Translations under genes and position numbers: made by a program
NCBI GenBank assembly: GCA_050250895.1
Contig: JBFWNU010000006.1
Coordinates: 315,710 to 379,709 of the forward strand
Direction: 5' to 3'
Length of the DNA: 64,000 bases
DNA from: Vulcanimicrobiota bacterium
Lineage (GTDB): Bacteria > Vulcanimicrobiota > Xenobia > Xenobiales > JADMJV01
Shown here: positions 18,331 to 28,800 of the stretch, one piece after another
Layout: every line of letters starts with the position of its first letter
Numbering within the stretch: the stretch's first letter is position 1
Notes under the pieces: model-generated
The model's input: the letters and a program-made list of their open reading frames with translations, nothing else
Told to the model about the DNA's origin: nothing
The model's database searches: none

Positions 18331-18840
18331 ATGCATTGCGAATTCGAAATCGAGGGGGAGAGAGTCCGCGCGGAGCTGGTTCCGTGTGACGGTGGCGGAT
18401 TTCGCGTTCGCCTGGGCGAGCGCTGGCTGCTGGTGGACGATCTTCCCGGCCATTTAATCCTCACTTCCGAAGACGGCACTACCCGCTCGGTCGAGTATGT
18501 TGTTTGTCCCGTAGAGCACGGCCAACAGGTGCATCTGGAGCGCCAGGTGGTGGGCGTCATGAGTCCCCGTCGCAAGCGCTCCCGCGGCGGGGCAAGCAGC
18601 GACGGCACCGTGAACTCTCCCATGAACGGACAGGTGGTCAAGGTGCTCAAGTCTGACGGGGCCCCCGTCAAAGAGGGGGAGGTCGTGCTCACTCTTGAAG
18701 CAATGAAGATGGAGAACGAGGTGACCGCCCCACGAGCGGGTCGGCTCGTCGACCTTCGAGTCGAGGTTGGTCAAACGGTTTCTCCCGGAAACTTATTGTT
18801 TCGTGTCGAAGTAGAGCAGAGCGGGAAGACTCCCGCGTGA
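18331..18840 (+). CDS. Biotin carboxyl carrier domain protein
   Basis: SPMNGQVV, EAMKMENEV biotinylation motif. Confidence 0.88.
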   Translation: MHCEFEIEGERVRAELVPCDGGGFRVRLGERWLLVDDLPGHLILTSEDGTTRSVEYVVCPVEHGQQVHLERQVVGVMSPRRKRSRGGASSDGTVNSPMNGQVVKVLKSDGAPVKEGEVVLTLEAMKMENEVTAPRAGRLVDLRVEVGQTVSPGNLLFRVEVEQSGKTPA

Positions 18841-18874
18841 TTCCAGGTCGGAAGACTAAAAGAGAAGCGAACAC

Positions 18875-19663
18875 TTGTTCCACAACATCCTGAACAAGCT
18901 CTTCAATCGGGACGACGATGACGGAGAACCCAAGAAAACTCCGCCGGTCGCGTCCGAGAAGAAGCCGCCGCCGGAGGCCAGAGCTCCCGAACGTCCGCCC
19001 GATGTGCCGCGGCATCAGGATATACCCAATCGCATCGAAATCGGGGTGGATCTCAAGGCTATTCCGGCCACTCTACCAGGCAAGCCTCGCGCCTGGCCGG
19101 TGAAGGTCACGGGCTTTTCGGCCGAGGGTTTCTGGGTGGCTCGCACCGATCCCGAGGATGAGATACTGCCCACCAACGTCGGCGAATTGCTGACCCTGGT
19201 CCTGTTCGACAACAAACTTCAGTTGACTTATGACTGCCCGGTGCTGCGCATCGAGGGCGGAGCGGTCGAGAAGGTGCTGGTGGGGCCCCCTACCAAGACC
19301 GTGCAGGAAGAGTCGCAGATGCAGAACCTGGGCGGTCGCAAGCATCTGCGCATCAATTTTCGCCTACCGGCCGAGATTCGGGCGGTGGCGGGCGGAGAGC
19401 TAGGTCCCCCAATCTCGGGGCACACCCGGGACATCAGTATGAGCGGACTGGCGGTGGAATGCCCGCAGGAATTCGATGCCGGAGCCGAGATCGAAATTCG
19501 CATCCTGTCCTGGAACTTTCCCCTGAAAGTGCGCGCTTTCGTGGTACGGTGTGCCGCCGAGGATGGCAAGACCGTAGTGGCTGTCTCGTTTCCTCCGGAC
19601 CTGTCCACCATCTCTCAGGACCTCATTGGGCAGTTCATTCTCGAGAATCAACGCAACGTGTAA
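18875..19663 (+). CDS. PilZ-domain (YcgR-like) c-di-GMP effector
   Basis: RKHLR (RxxxR) and DISMSG (DxSxxG) motifs after an N-terminal beta domain. Confidence 0.8.
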   Translation: MFHNILNKLFNRDDDDGEPKKTPPVASEKKPPPEARAPERPPDVPRHQDIPNRIEIGVDLKAIPATLPGKPRAWPVKVTGFSAEGFWVARTDPEDEILPTNVGELLTLVLFDNKLQLTYDCPVLRIEGGAVEKVLVGPPTKTVQEESQMQNLGGRKHLRINFRLPAEIRAVAGGELGPPISGHTRDISMSGLAVECPQEFDAGAEIEIRILSWNFPLKVRAFVVRCAAEDGKTVVAVSFPPDLSTISQDLIGQFILENQRNV

Positions 19664-19756
19664 CAATCCATTCGAAAGGATGGATTTGGCCGGCCCTATA
19701 ATAGAAGGCGCAAACTTTCGGTCATTCTTGTGGCCGGCCCCAGCAGAGGAGACACC

Positions 19757-20611
19757 GTGAGCGAGATTTCTACGGTTGGCGTCATTGGCGCCGGAACCAT
19801 GGGCTCTGGCATTGCTCAGACCTTCGCCCAGTATGGCTTCGAGGTTCGCCTGGTGGATAGCCAGAAGGTCGCCATCGAGCGCGCCCAAGCCACGATCACT
19901 ACCAGTCTGGAAAAGTTTCAGCAAAAGGGAAAGCTGGACCAGAAGGCAGTCGAGGATACGCTGGCCAGATTGCATTTTCACCAGGACTTGAACACGGTGG
20001 CACAATGCAACCTGGTAATCGAGGCCGTGTTCGAAAAGCTCGAGGTGAAGCTTTCGGTGCTCGAGCAGTTGAACGGTATCTGCACCCCCGAGACGATCCT
20101 GGGCAGCAATACCAGTTCGATTTCGATCACCGCTCTGGCTCGAGCGGTGTCTCATCCCGGCCGCTTTCTGGGCTTCCACTTCATGAACCCGGTGCCGCTG
20201 ATGAAGCTGGTCGAGTTGATTCGAGGGGAGCTCACCTCTCCCGAAACCATCCAGCGGGCCATCAGTGTCTGTCAGGTGCTCGCCAAGACTCCGGTCGAGG
20301 CCAACGATTATCCGGGCTTTCTCTCGAACCGCATTCTGATGCCGATGATCAATGAGGCGGTCTTTGCCCTGATGGAGGGAGTAGGCGACGCCGTGGGCAT
20401 AGACACGGTGATGAAGCTGGGCATGAATCATCCGATGGGGCCGCTGGCTCTGGCCGACCTGATTGGCCTGGATGTATGCCTGGACATCATGGAGGTGCTT
20501 CATCGGGGCCTGGGGGACAAGTATCGTCCCTGTCCGCTCTTGCGGCGTAAAGTAGAAGCGGGCCAGCTGGGCCGCAAGACGGGAGCTGGCTTCTATGACT
20601 ACCCCAACTAA
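19757..20611 (+). CDS. hbd: 3-hydroxybutyryl-CoA dehydrogenase
   Basis: [45 protein letters not shown]. Confidence 0.93.
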   Translation: MSEISTVGVIGAGTMGSGIAQTFAQYGFEVRLVDSQKVAIERAQATITTSLEKFQQKGKLDQKAVEDTLARLHFHQDLNTVAQCNLVIEAVFEKLEVKLSVLEQLNGICTPETILGSNTSSISITALARAVSHPGRFLGFHFMNPVPLMKLVELIRGELTSPETIQRAISVCQVLAKTPVEANDYPGFLSNRILMPMINEAVFALMEGVGDAVGIDTVMKLGMNHPMGPLALADLIGLDVCLDIMEVLHRGLGDKYRPCPLLRRKVEAGQLGRKTGAGFYDYPN

Positions 20612-21329
20612 CCAGAATGCGAAGTTCTCGTGGCTGCTGATGGGCCTGGGCACCCTGGCCGCGCTCGGATTGGCCTATCTTGGCCTCAGCCGAAACCGTG
20701 ACGAGTCGCGGATTGCGGTCTATGTGATCGGTGAAGTCCAGACTCCGGGAGTGGTGGTGCTTCCGGCGGGCAGCCGGGTGGTCGACGCTATCAAACGGGC
20801 CGGGGGGCTGACCCGCGACGCCGACGAACAGGCCATCAATCTGGCCGCTCGCTTGAGCGACGAAGACAAGATCGTGGTCCCCGCCAGAGGCCAGGCGGTG
20901 ACGGTCGAGCCGCGCCTGCCGCAACTGGCGGCCGAGGGTCCCGGTCAGGAGCTACCGATGCCCGAGCCGCCTCCGGTTGAACCCGAGGTGGGCGCCCCCC
21001 CCGAAATGGACCCTGTGATGGAAGAGGCCACTCCCGCTCCGGCCGATAGTGGCCATTGGGAGGGCGGTCTGGTGGTGGAAAGCGACGTGTCGGATGCGGT
21101 CGGGGCCCCGGCCGGTAACGAGGCGCCTCCCGGCCGGGTGAGCGTGAATCGAGCCACCGTCGAAGAGTTAGAGAGCGTGCCCGGCGTGGGGCCCGAACTG
21201 GCCGCCAAGATCGTTGCCTTTCGCCAGGGTCCGCCGGCCCGCGCCTTCTCTACTCTTGAGGAACTTACTCAGATTCCAGGTATCAAGGAGCGCAAGCTCG
21301 AACAGTTGAGGCCGTACATCGATCTATGA
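20595..21329 (+). CDS. comEA: Competence protein ComEA (SLBB + HhH)
   Basis: TM anchor; [28 protein letters not shown]; [21 protein letters not shown]. Confidence 0.9.
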   Translation: MTTPTNQNAKFSWLLMGLGTLAALGLAYLGLSRNRDESRIAVYVIGEVQTPGVVVLPAGSRVVDAIKRAGGLTRDADEQAINLAARLSDEDKIVVPARGQAVTVEPRLPQLAAEGPGQELPMPEPPPVEPEVGAPPEMDPVMEEATPAPADSGHWEGGLVVESDVSDAVGAPAGNEAPPGRVSVNRATVEELESVPGVGPELAAKIVAFRQGPPARAFSTLEELTQIPGIKERKLEQLRPYIDL

Positions 21330-22633
21330 GCCAATCTGCCGAGCAAACAGCCAAAACTGATAGCGTTTTTCCGGGTCCGCTTCGGGCCCGTCCCGAATAC
21401 TTTGTGGCCGGTCGCGGCCGCTATGGGGTTTATTACCTCATTGACCACCTACTGCGCAGCCTTGCCTGGGGTAGTGACCGAGAGGCGATGGGCAATCTGT
21501 CGATCACGGTCGAGACCGAGGGCACGCTGAAGCTGACCCGTCGCTGGCCGGGCTGCCAGGACCTCTACCCTGAACTCGAGGGCAGTCTCAACCCACCCGC
21601 CGGGGTGTCTTTGGCCGAACATCATTTTCTGCGTTGCGTGAATGGCATCAAGTCGGGCAAGTTCGACCGGCTCCAGTGGGCCCGAGGCAATCCCTTCACA
21701 GCCATCTATTTAGCCGTGGCGGTGGCCCTCTCGAGTCGAGCCAAGCTGAGTCTTACCTGCAGTCAGGGTACCTTTACCCAGACCTATCGCGAGGGGCTGC
21801 CGGCCGGTGAAGTGGCCCGTAGCTCCGGCGGCGAAGCGGCACTATCGCTCGAGCTGTTGCTTGACAGCACTATCTTGCAAGAAGAGATCCCCTCGTACCC
21901 GTTCCGCATTCGCCTGCGCGAGTTGGCTTGTCTCCTGCCGGGCATCAACATGGAGTTACAATACAAGGGTTTCAAGCCGGTCAAGTTCAAAGCCGAAAAT
22001 GGGGTCCGCGAGCTACTCGAGTTCTATGTTCCCGACACCGATCGGCTGCATCCCGACCCGTTCCTCTTTGAATACACCGACAAGAAGGGTCTCAACTATC
22101 GCTGTGCGCTGTTCTTGATTCAGTCCGAGATGGAGCGTCTCAAGAGTTTTGCTGGTCTTGACGAGTCCTATCACGGTGGCACCCACGAGAACGTCTTTCG
22201 CGATGTCGTGCTGGGCGTGTTTCGGCAGTTGCACAAGTTCGAGGTGCCCGAGCGGCGCCAGTCGCTTGAAAACATCGCCAGTTCGCGGATGACTTATTTC
22301 GGCACCTTCGGGGCCACCATTCCCTACAATCTAGAAGAGCGCAAAAGCGAGTTCGTGAGAACGGTGCCGGGTGTGGCCGCCGCGATTCACTTCGACTCGC
22401 CGGGCCTTGAATGGGAGAGCAATCATCGCGCCCGGGCTCTCAAGCCCGAGTTGGATGAGGACTTCCGCTCGGAGCTGCTCTTCGAGTTTCGCCGCTGGGT
22501 GCTAGAGCAGTCGGACACCATCCGGGCCTGGAAAGAGCAGTGGGCTCCCAAGGGCCGGCGCAAGCGCAGCCCCACCGGCACGACCCCAGCCGAGAAGAAG
22601 GATGAGGAAGAGGAAGACGACGATGACGCTTAA
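21326..22633 (+). CDS. GyrB/ParE N-terminal (GHKL + transducer)-like protein, catalytically degenerate, no TOPRIM domain
   Basis: LRARPEYFV, GKFD, AVAVALSS, QTYREGLP, RLRELACL, SFA..GGTHENVFR are colinear with the GyrB 43-kDa domain. Confidence 0.7.
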   Translation: MSQSAEQTAKTDSVFPGPLRARPEYFVAGRGRYGVYYLIDHLLRSLAWGSDREAMGNLSITVETEGTLKLTRRWPGCQDLYPELEGSLNPPAGVSLAEHHFLRCVNGIKSGKFDRLQWARGNPFTAIYLAVAVALSSRAKLSLTCSQGTFTQTYREGLPAGEVARSSGGEAALSLELLLDSTILQEEIPSYPFRIRLRELACLLPGINMELQYKGFKPVKFKAENGVRELLEFYVPDTDRLHPDPFLFEYTDKKGLNYRCALFLIQSEMERLKSFAGLDESYHGGTHENVFRDVVLGVFRQLHKFEVPERRQSLENIASSRMTYFGTFGATIPYNLEERKSEFVRTVPGVAAAIHFDSPGLEWESNHRARALKPELDEDFRSELLFEFRRWVLEQSDTIRAWKEQWAPKGRRKRSPTGTTPAEKKDEEEEDDDDA

Positions 22634-22838
22634 AGGCACACTCAAGCGATCCGATTTGGAAGGAGGCGTGTGGGTCTTCGAGGCCGACAGCGGAGAACGA
22701 TTCCATCTCGAGGGGCTCGATCCGGCCCATGAGAAAGATGGGGCGCGCCTGGAACTCGAGGGCGATGTCGACGCAGGCGGGGTCAGCATCGGCATGATGG
22801 GTTCGGTCTTCGCGGTGCGCCGGGCCAAGAGTTTGTGA
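22623..22838 (+). CDS. Small OB-fold-like hypothetical protein
   Basis: MTLKGTLKRSDLEGGVWVFEADSGERFHL; translationally coupled at both ends. Confidence 0.65.
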   Translation: MTLKGTLKRSDLEGGVWVFEADSGERFHLEGLDPAHEKDGARLELEGDVDAGGVSIGMMGSVFAVRRAKSL

Positions 22839-23371
22839 ATCCGGGCCGGGGGCCGCTGCAAAATACTCCAGAAGCCTTCGAGGCGCAGCTTCGAGAGGGC
22901 CACTATAACGAACTCAGGGTGGCCCTCTTTTACATGTTGCGGGGATTTTGTGCTAGAATCGGGTTCGAGAATGGGCGCTACGACATCACCCTCCTGCGCG
23001 ATGACGGGACTCGACGCAAGGTCGAGGTCAAGTGGGACAAGCGGGCAGGCCAGACCGGCAACCTGTACTTCGAGGTCGAAAACACCCGCCAGCGGGCGCC
23101 CTCGGGCATCATGGCCACCACGGCCGACATCTGGTGTCACGTCGTCGGCGAAGGCCAGCAGGCCCTGCTGAGTCGGGTGGACCGGCTGCGTGAGGTGCTC
23201 GAGCAGGGCCAGTTCCGCAGCGTGAACACCACCGGAGCCGACAGTAACAGTCGGGGCTTGCTGGCGGCCCGGGCGCGGCTGGAGGGTGTCGACGGCCTAC
23301 ATTGGGTAAGACTACCCACAGTGGAAGACTATTTCGGAGAGTTATTTCGACGGAGCGGATGGCGTGGATAA
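22835..23371 (+). CDS. PD-(D/E)XK restriction endonuclease-like protein
   Basis: YDI..KVEVKWD..TGNLYFEV..SGIMATTADIW pattern. Confidence 0.6.
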   Translation: MNPGRGPLQNTPEAFEAQLREGHYNELRVALFYMLRGFCARIGFENGRYDITLLRDDGTRRKVEVKWDKRAGQTGNLYFEVENTRQRAPSGIMATTADIWCHVVGEGQQALLSRVDRLREVLEQGQFRSVNTTGADSNSRGLLAARARLEGVDGLHWVRLPTVEDYFGELFRRSGWRG

Positions 23372-23924
23372 TCGAGAGCAACTAAAGGTGTTCTGGTCGT
23401 ACGGCCTGGCCTCGCTGATCATGCTGTTCGTGACCGGATTGTTCTGGACCCTCATCCCGTTTATTATGGTGCTGCGGCTGGCTGACGCCGATCCGGCTGT
23501 GAAGGCTCGCCTCGAGCAGGTCGCCGCCTATCAACTCGACCCGGTAGACATTGACCCTGACGATCCTACCCTGGCTCGTCGCCGCGAAGCCCTGGCCCCC
23601 GTCTTTGCCAAGCTCAACTGGTTCTTCGTGGCCTTGTTGACCAGTGCTTTGAGCTTTTCGTGCTTAGGCTTTTTCTGCGGTTGGAGCTGTGGCGACGCGG
23701 CCTGGGCGGGGGCGCTACCCCTGGTGGCTTTGCTGACGCAACGCAGTCCGGCAGTGATGCCCAACGTCATGGCCCAGACCGGCTTTACCGGGATCGAACT
23801 GCAGTTGTGGCAGCAGGTGGTGGTGGTGATGGTGCAGCTCGTGGTGGTCTATGCCGCGGCTATCTGGGGTGCCAATCTGCACGCTCGGCGAGCGGCCTCA
23901 GTAGACGACCTGGAAGGGTCCTAG
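23364..23924 (+). CDS. Hypothetical membrane protein
   Basis: About 4 hydrophobic segments; overlaps the upstream stop. Confidence 0.65.
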   Translation: MDNREQLKVFWSYGLASLIMLFVTGLFWTLIPFIMVLRLADADPAVKARLEQVAAYQLDPVDIDPDDPTLARRREALAPVFAKLNWFFVALLTSALSFSCLGFFCGWSCGDAAWAGALPLVALLTQRSPAVMPNVMAQTGFTGIELQLWQQVVVVMVQLVVVYAAAIWGANLHARRAASVDDLEGS

Positions 23925-24173
23925 TCCGGGGTCGTCCTGGCACCAATCCAACTCGATCGAGTCGACTTGTCCCCAGGGCGGGCCCTGGCGCAGCCGAACC
24001 AGAAATTCGTGAAGCCGCTCTTGAGGACCGCGAGCTCGTACCCGCACACTACCGTCGCGCTCGTTGCGCACCCACCCGTCGAGACTGAGCTTCATGGCTT
24101 CGCGGGTAGCAAACATTCGGTAGCCCACCCCCTGCACCTGACCTTTGACCACCGCTTCGAAGCAAAGCACCAT
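23898..24173 (-). CDS. acyP: Acylphosphatase
   Basis: GQVQGVGYR, GWVRNERDGSV, GPP. Confidence 0.93.
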   Translation of the reverse strand: MVLCFEAVVKGQVQGVGYRMFATREAMKLSLDGWVRNERDGSVRVRARGPQERLHEFLVRLRQGPPWGQVDSIELDWCQDDPGLGPFQVVY

Positions 24174-24215
24174 TCTGACTTCTAGCTGCGCGGCTTTGGG
24201 CCTTTCGGTGCCAGC

Positions 24216-24258
24216 GCAACATGGTGTTAACACACCCGGCTCGGCCTCTTACTATTCT
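24216..24258 (+). promoter_or_regulatory. Conserved promoter, site A (AAC-repeat motif)
   Basis: GCAAC-atggtg-TTAAC-N21-TATTCT. Confidence 0.6.
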
Positions 24259-24289
24259 CACAGAGAACTCCAGGAAAGGGGCCATAACT

Positions 24290-25408
24290 GTGAACGTGTC
24301 AAGTCTGGCGGCGCGCCCTCAAACGAGTGCTGCGAGTAAGCCGCCCACGCCACCGGCCGAGACGAAAAAGTCGCCCGAGCAGGATGAATTTTTAGCGACG
24401 AGTCCTGACAAGGACCGCATCGGATACGAGGTTGCCTATAACCTTGGCAAAGGCGTTTACGGCGTGGTGAAAGGCGCGGCCAAGACCGGCCAGGCGCTTC
24501 ACTTGACCGGCCTGGTGATGGGCCTGCAGACGCCCGGCGTCGCCGGGGCCCTGGGCCTGATGGGTGGTACCTACGATGTGCTGCACGGCGGTAGTGTGGC
24601 TCAGCAGGCGGCCATCAACCGCAACCTGACGGGCAGCATCCTGGGGAGTTTGCAGGTTCTTCAGGGCGTGGCCACCTATGCCAGCGTGCTGGCTCCCACC
24701 TTCGGCGCTCCGGCCGTGGTCGGTCAGGGCGCCGCCCTGGTAGCCGCTGGCGCCTTCGCCGGACGGATGGGTTACGAAGGTTTCGCGGCCGCCAAAGGCG
24801 CCATCACCGGCGAGCCCTCCGCCACCGGTGGCTCGGCCCAGCCCGGCGCCATGGGCACCATGCAGGCTCCCGGCGAGATGGGTTCGATGGCAGCCGTTCA
24901 GCGGTCAGATGACGACGACGGCACGGCCGATGAAGTCAACGGCGACAGCCGCGTCTACGAGCAGTTTTTCGCCGCCAACCGCTCCGTCAGCCAGTTCGTG
25001 CAGCGTATCGGCGGCATCGGGGCCTTCTGGAACAACTTTGACGCCATCCGGGGCGGCACGCCCGGCGGCATCTGGGGTATCCTCGGTATCGTGGGTTCGA
25101 CCACCTCGGTGATGCAGGGCATGGCCGAACTCACTCGGGGAGCTTCGAACCAGCATCGCGGTGACACCGTAGGCGGAGCTCTGCACGTGATTCAGGGCCT
25201 CGGCTCGGTAGGTGCCTCGCTGGGTATGGGTCGCACCGCCGGCTTCGTTGCCGCCGGCGCCTGGGCCGCTCGCACCGCCTATATGATGTATGAGCAGTCC
25301 AAGCAGCTTCAGGGCGGCGACAACGAAGAGTCGATGACCGACGTGATCGTCGACTCGGTGAAGAACTCGTTGGGCCTGTCCCACCAGGACGAAAGCAAAG
25401 CCGCCTGA
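24290..25408 (+). CDS. Gly/Ala-rich hydrophobic orphan protein with internal duplication
   Basis: AGGAAAGG RBS; Pro/Ser-rich N-terminus; two related glycine-zipper blocks. Confidence 0.7.
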   Translation: MNVSSLAARPQTSAASKPPTPPAETKKSPEQDEFLATSPDKDRIGYEVAYNLGKGVYGVVKGAAKTGQALHLTGLVMGLQTPGVAGALGLMGGTYDVLHGGSVAQQAAINRNLTGSILGSLQVLQGVATYASVLAPTFGAPAVVGQGAALVAAGAFAGRMGYEGFAAAKGAITGEPSATGGSAQPGAMGTMQAPGEMGSMAAVQRSDDDDGTADEVNGDSRVYEQFFAANRSVSQFVQRIGGIGAFWNNFDAIRGGTPGGIWGILGIVGSTTSVMQGMAELTRGASNQHRGDTVGGALHVIQGLGSVGASLGMGRTAGFVAAGAWAARTAYMMYEQSKQLQGGDNEESMTDVIVDSVKNSLGLSHQDESKAA

Positions 25409-25419
25409 TCGGGGCAGCT

Positions 25420-25827
25420 TCAATCGACTCGCGCGGGCGTCCACAGCCGGATGCGCCGCGCGATTCTATTTTCGCGCGTTTCGTCGCCATATTCGGTGGG
25501 GGCGGGGGGCTGGCCGAACGCTTCGGTCTGGTGCAGGGTGTTGATGTTGAGCGTTGCGAACTGGCCTTCTTCGGCGCTCAGCAGAGCGCCCAGATAGACC
25601 CCACATTGGGGACAAAGTAGAAAGTCGGCCGTGGCCAGCCCGAAGCGATAGCGTCGCGGTCCGCCCTCGAAACTCACCCGACCGCTCGGATCGGTGGCCG
25701 TCACCGCTCCGTGCAGCCGACAGAAGCGACAAGCGCACTGGCGCAAGCGCAGTTGGGCGGCAGGGATAGCGGTTTCGAAGCTCACCGCGAGCTGGCCGCA
25801 ATGACAGCCCCCTCGGTAGAGCGTCAA
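25420..25827 (-). CDS. GFA/CENP-V family Zn-binding protein
   Basis: GGCHCG, CACRFCR, LCPQCG. Confidence 0.88.
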   Translation of the reverse strand: MTLYRGGCHCGQLAVSFETAIPAAQLRLRQCACRFCRLHGAVTATDPSGRVSFEGGPRRYRFGLATADFLLCPQCGVYLGALLSAEEGQFATLNINTLHQTEAFGQPPAPTEYGDETRENRIARRIRLWTPARVD

Positions 25828-28800
25828 CTGCCCCCGTCTTCGGCGTGCTTGTCGGCCTTCTTGCGGATGAGGGCGGCCAGATCTTCCTTGCCCAGGCGCT
25901 CGTAGGTGCTGGCCAGCTCTTCATAGCCCTGGATCGTCGGTTTGACCTTAACGTATTTCTGATACTGGATCACGGCCATCGTGTCGGCTCCGGTCCGGCT
26001 ATACCCGCGGGCCAGGTTGAGGAGATGATCGGGTTCGTCTGCATGCTTGTTGACCAGGTCGCGCAGCGCTTTGACTACGGCCTTGTCGTCACCGAGCGCG
26101 CCGAACAGTGCTTCAAAAGCCACGGTGTCGGTGGGGTCGCTTCCCAGACGCTGCTCGCAGGTGGCCGCGTCCAGGTCGGCTGCCGGGGCAGCCTCCTCGG
26201 CAGGAGGAGCTTCCGCCGCCGGTGCGGCTTCGGGCGCTGTCGCCTCGGCCTGAACCGGCTCGGGTTCTGGTGCGGCGGCCTCAACCGGGGCTGGCTCTGG
26301 CTCTGGCTCAGGTTCCGCCGCTGGTTCGGGTGTCTCAACCGGGGCAGGCTCGGGCTCGGGTGCCTCGGGCCTCGACGCTTCCGGCTCTGCGCCTTCGGGG
26401 GGGACTGCTTCTACTGCCGAGGCCTCGGCCACAGGCACTTCTTCGGCGGCGGATTCTGGCTCTGATTCGGGTTCGGCCGCTTCCGAGGGCACCGGCTCGG
26501 CCGGCTCGGGAGCTTCCGTGGGTTGGGGCGCCTCGGTCGTGGTCGGGGCGACGGTTTCGGGCGGTGCGGGCTCGGCCGCGCGACTCGCCTCTGCGACCCC
26601 GGCTGCTACCCCGGCCTCGACGGTGGCCCGGATCTCGTCCTGACTGAACTCTACGGCCTGCTCGGCGGTTTGCCGGGCCTGACGGGCTTGCTCGCGGGCT
26701 TCGAGGAAGGCGGCCGTGGCCGTCTCGATGGTCTGGCGCAGGTGCTCGCGGTCGGCCACCCGGTCTCGCAAGGCCTGAGCCACCGCGGTCTGGCCTTCGG
26801 CTTCGGCGGCCACCGCCCAGGCGGTGTAGTGGCCGGCCACCAGGTAATGGGTCTCTTGATCACCCGGGACCAGCTCAAGAAAGCCTTCGAGCAGCGTGAT
26901 GGCTTCGGCGAAGCGGCCCTGCTCGACCAGTTGCTCGGACCAGGTCTTGTAGAGTTCGCCCAGTTGTTTGAGAACGATTTCGTGGTCAGCCTGGACCAGC
27001 AAGGCAGCGTGCAAGATCGAGGCTGCTTGCTCGACCCAGCCGTCGCCGGCCAGGCGAGCGGCAAACTCGGAATAGAGGTTGACCAGACTGTCGGTGTCGT
27101 CAGGAGCGGGATAAGTGATGCCCGAGCGGGCCGCGGTGGTCATCAAGTGATGGCCCACCGCCCGCATCCAACCGGCTTGCTGGGTCGGTTGATAGCCGTG
27201 GAGTTGCAGCTTGAACAATTGCTCGGTCAGCAGTGGGCTGGGGGGCGGTGCCGGCTGCAAACTCACCGGAGTGGGCGGGGCCGTCATGACGATAGGCTGG
27301 GCCGGGGCCGGCGGGGCCACCGCCGGTGGGGCAGAGACGGCCGGTGGGGGAGGGGCTATGGCGATGGGCTCGGGGGCGGGCATGGCCATGGCTGGCTCGG
27401 GCGGAGCCTCGACCGCCTCGGGTTCGTCGGGAGGACCCACCTCGGCTTTGAGTTGCTCGATGCGCGGTTTGATCTCTTGCAGGTTGGGTTGGATGACCGC
27501 CAGGCGTTCCAGGGCCGCCAGAGCGGCCGCTGGTCCCTCACTGGAGTACAGCTGGGTGGACCAGGTCGCATAGAGACGAGCCTGCTCCCGGGAGATCTCG
27601 GGGTGGGTTGAAAACGACCGGTGCATGGCATCGAGCAGATCCACGCACAACTCGAGTTCTTGCCGAGGCTCGAGCAGAGCCTTGAAACAGCCGACCAGCT
27701 GCCCGGCCCTGGCCAGATCTCCCTTGTGGTGGGCCATGAGGTCGTCGAACACTCTTGGTAGACCCTGGCGGTCCTCGGCCAGAAAGTAGTCCACCACGGC
27801 GGTCGCCGCGGGGCGAGAGCTGGGCTCGAACTCGAGTACCTGTTTGTAGAAGTCGGCCGCGATCTCGTCGAGGCCCTTCGACGAATAGACTTGACCGAGC
27901 CCAAACAACGCGCCGGCCTGCGGCTCTTTGCTGTGCTTGAGGCAGTCTTTGAAAGCGGTTTGGGCCTCGTCACTATTGCCGGCAGCCAGATGCAGGTTGC
28001 CCAGTTGGAATTGCACATCGGGGTCTTCGGGAGCGAGGCGACTGGCTACCGTATAGGCTTCGAGCGCGCCTTTGGCATCGCCCGCCTTCTGCAGCGCCTG
28101 GGCCAGCGAGACCTGGGTGCCTACGTTGTTGGGGTTCTGACGAGCTGCCTCGCGCAAGCGCGGGATGGCTTCTTCGTGGCGACCGGCAGCGGCCAGAGCG
28201 CGCCCCAGACTGGCTTGATAGTCAATCTTCGAGCCGTCGAGTTCGACGGCCTTGTTGAACATCTCGAGGGCCTGCTCGGGCTGCTTCATTCCCTCCAGGG
28301 CCAGACCCAGGGAGTGGACAAGTTCGGCATCCTCTGGATTGGCTTCGACCAGCAGGTGAAAGTGCTTGACGGCGGTTTCGAAGTCGTTCTTTTGAAGTGA
28401 GGCCCGGGCCACATCGGCGCGGAGCGAGGGGTCGTCTTCGCCGCTGTCGAGGCGTCGCTCGAGACTCTTTTGGGCTCGTGAGAGGACGCCGGTCTGACGA
28501 CACAATTCGATGAACTCTTCGTGCAACTCAGCGTTGTTGGGGTCGCTGGCCAGGGCCTTTTCGTAGAAATCGACGGCCAGGTTGAATTGGTAGGTCTGCT
28601 TGGCGCACTCGGCCCTCGCCAGGAGCAACGGCACGTTGCCGGGCTTTTGCGAGAGGGCCTCGGAGAACATCTTGTCGGCGTCTTCGTAGCGGGTCTGAGC
28701 CTGGTAGATCTTGCCCAGTTCCAGCTTGGCCTCCCATAGGGACGGGTCGCCACTGATGGCCTCTTGCAGATGCTTGATCGCAAGCGCTGTCTTGTTGGTC

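Noticed and set aside
19660-19702. GTAAC-N6-TTCGA-N21-TATAAT upstream of hbd as a fifth AAC-motif site
   Set aside because: The second pentamer does not match, the first overlaps a stop codon, and the region is explained by the hairpin AATCCATTC..GGATGGATT.
21326-22633. Calling this gene gyrB/parE or a pseudogene
   Set aside because: It lacks the catalytic residues and TOPRIM domain, yet the frame is intact and coupled to both neighbours.
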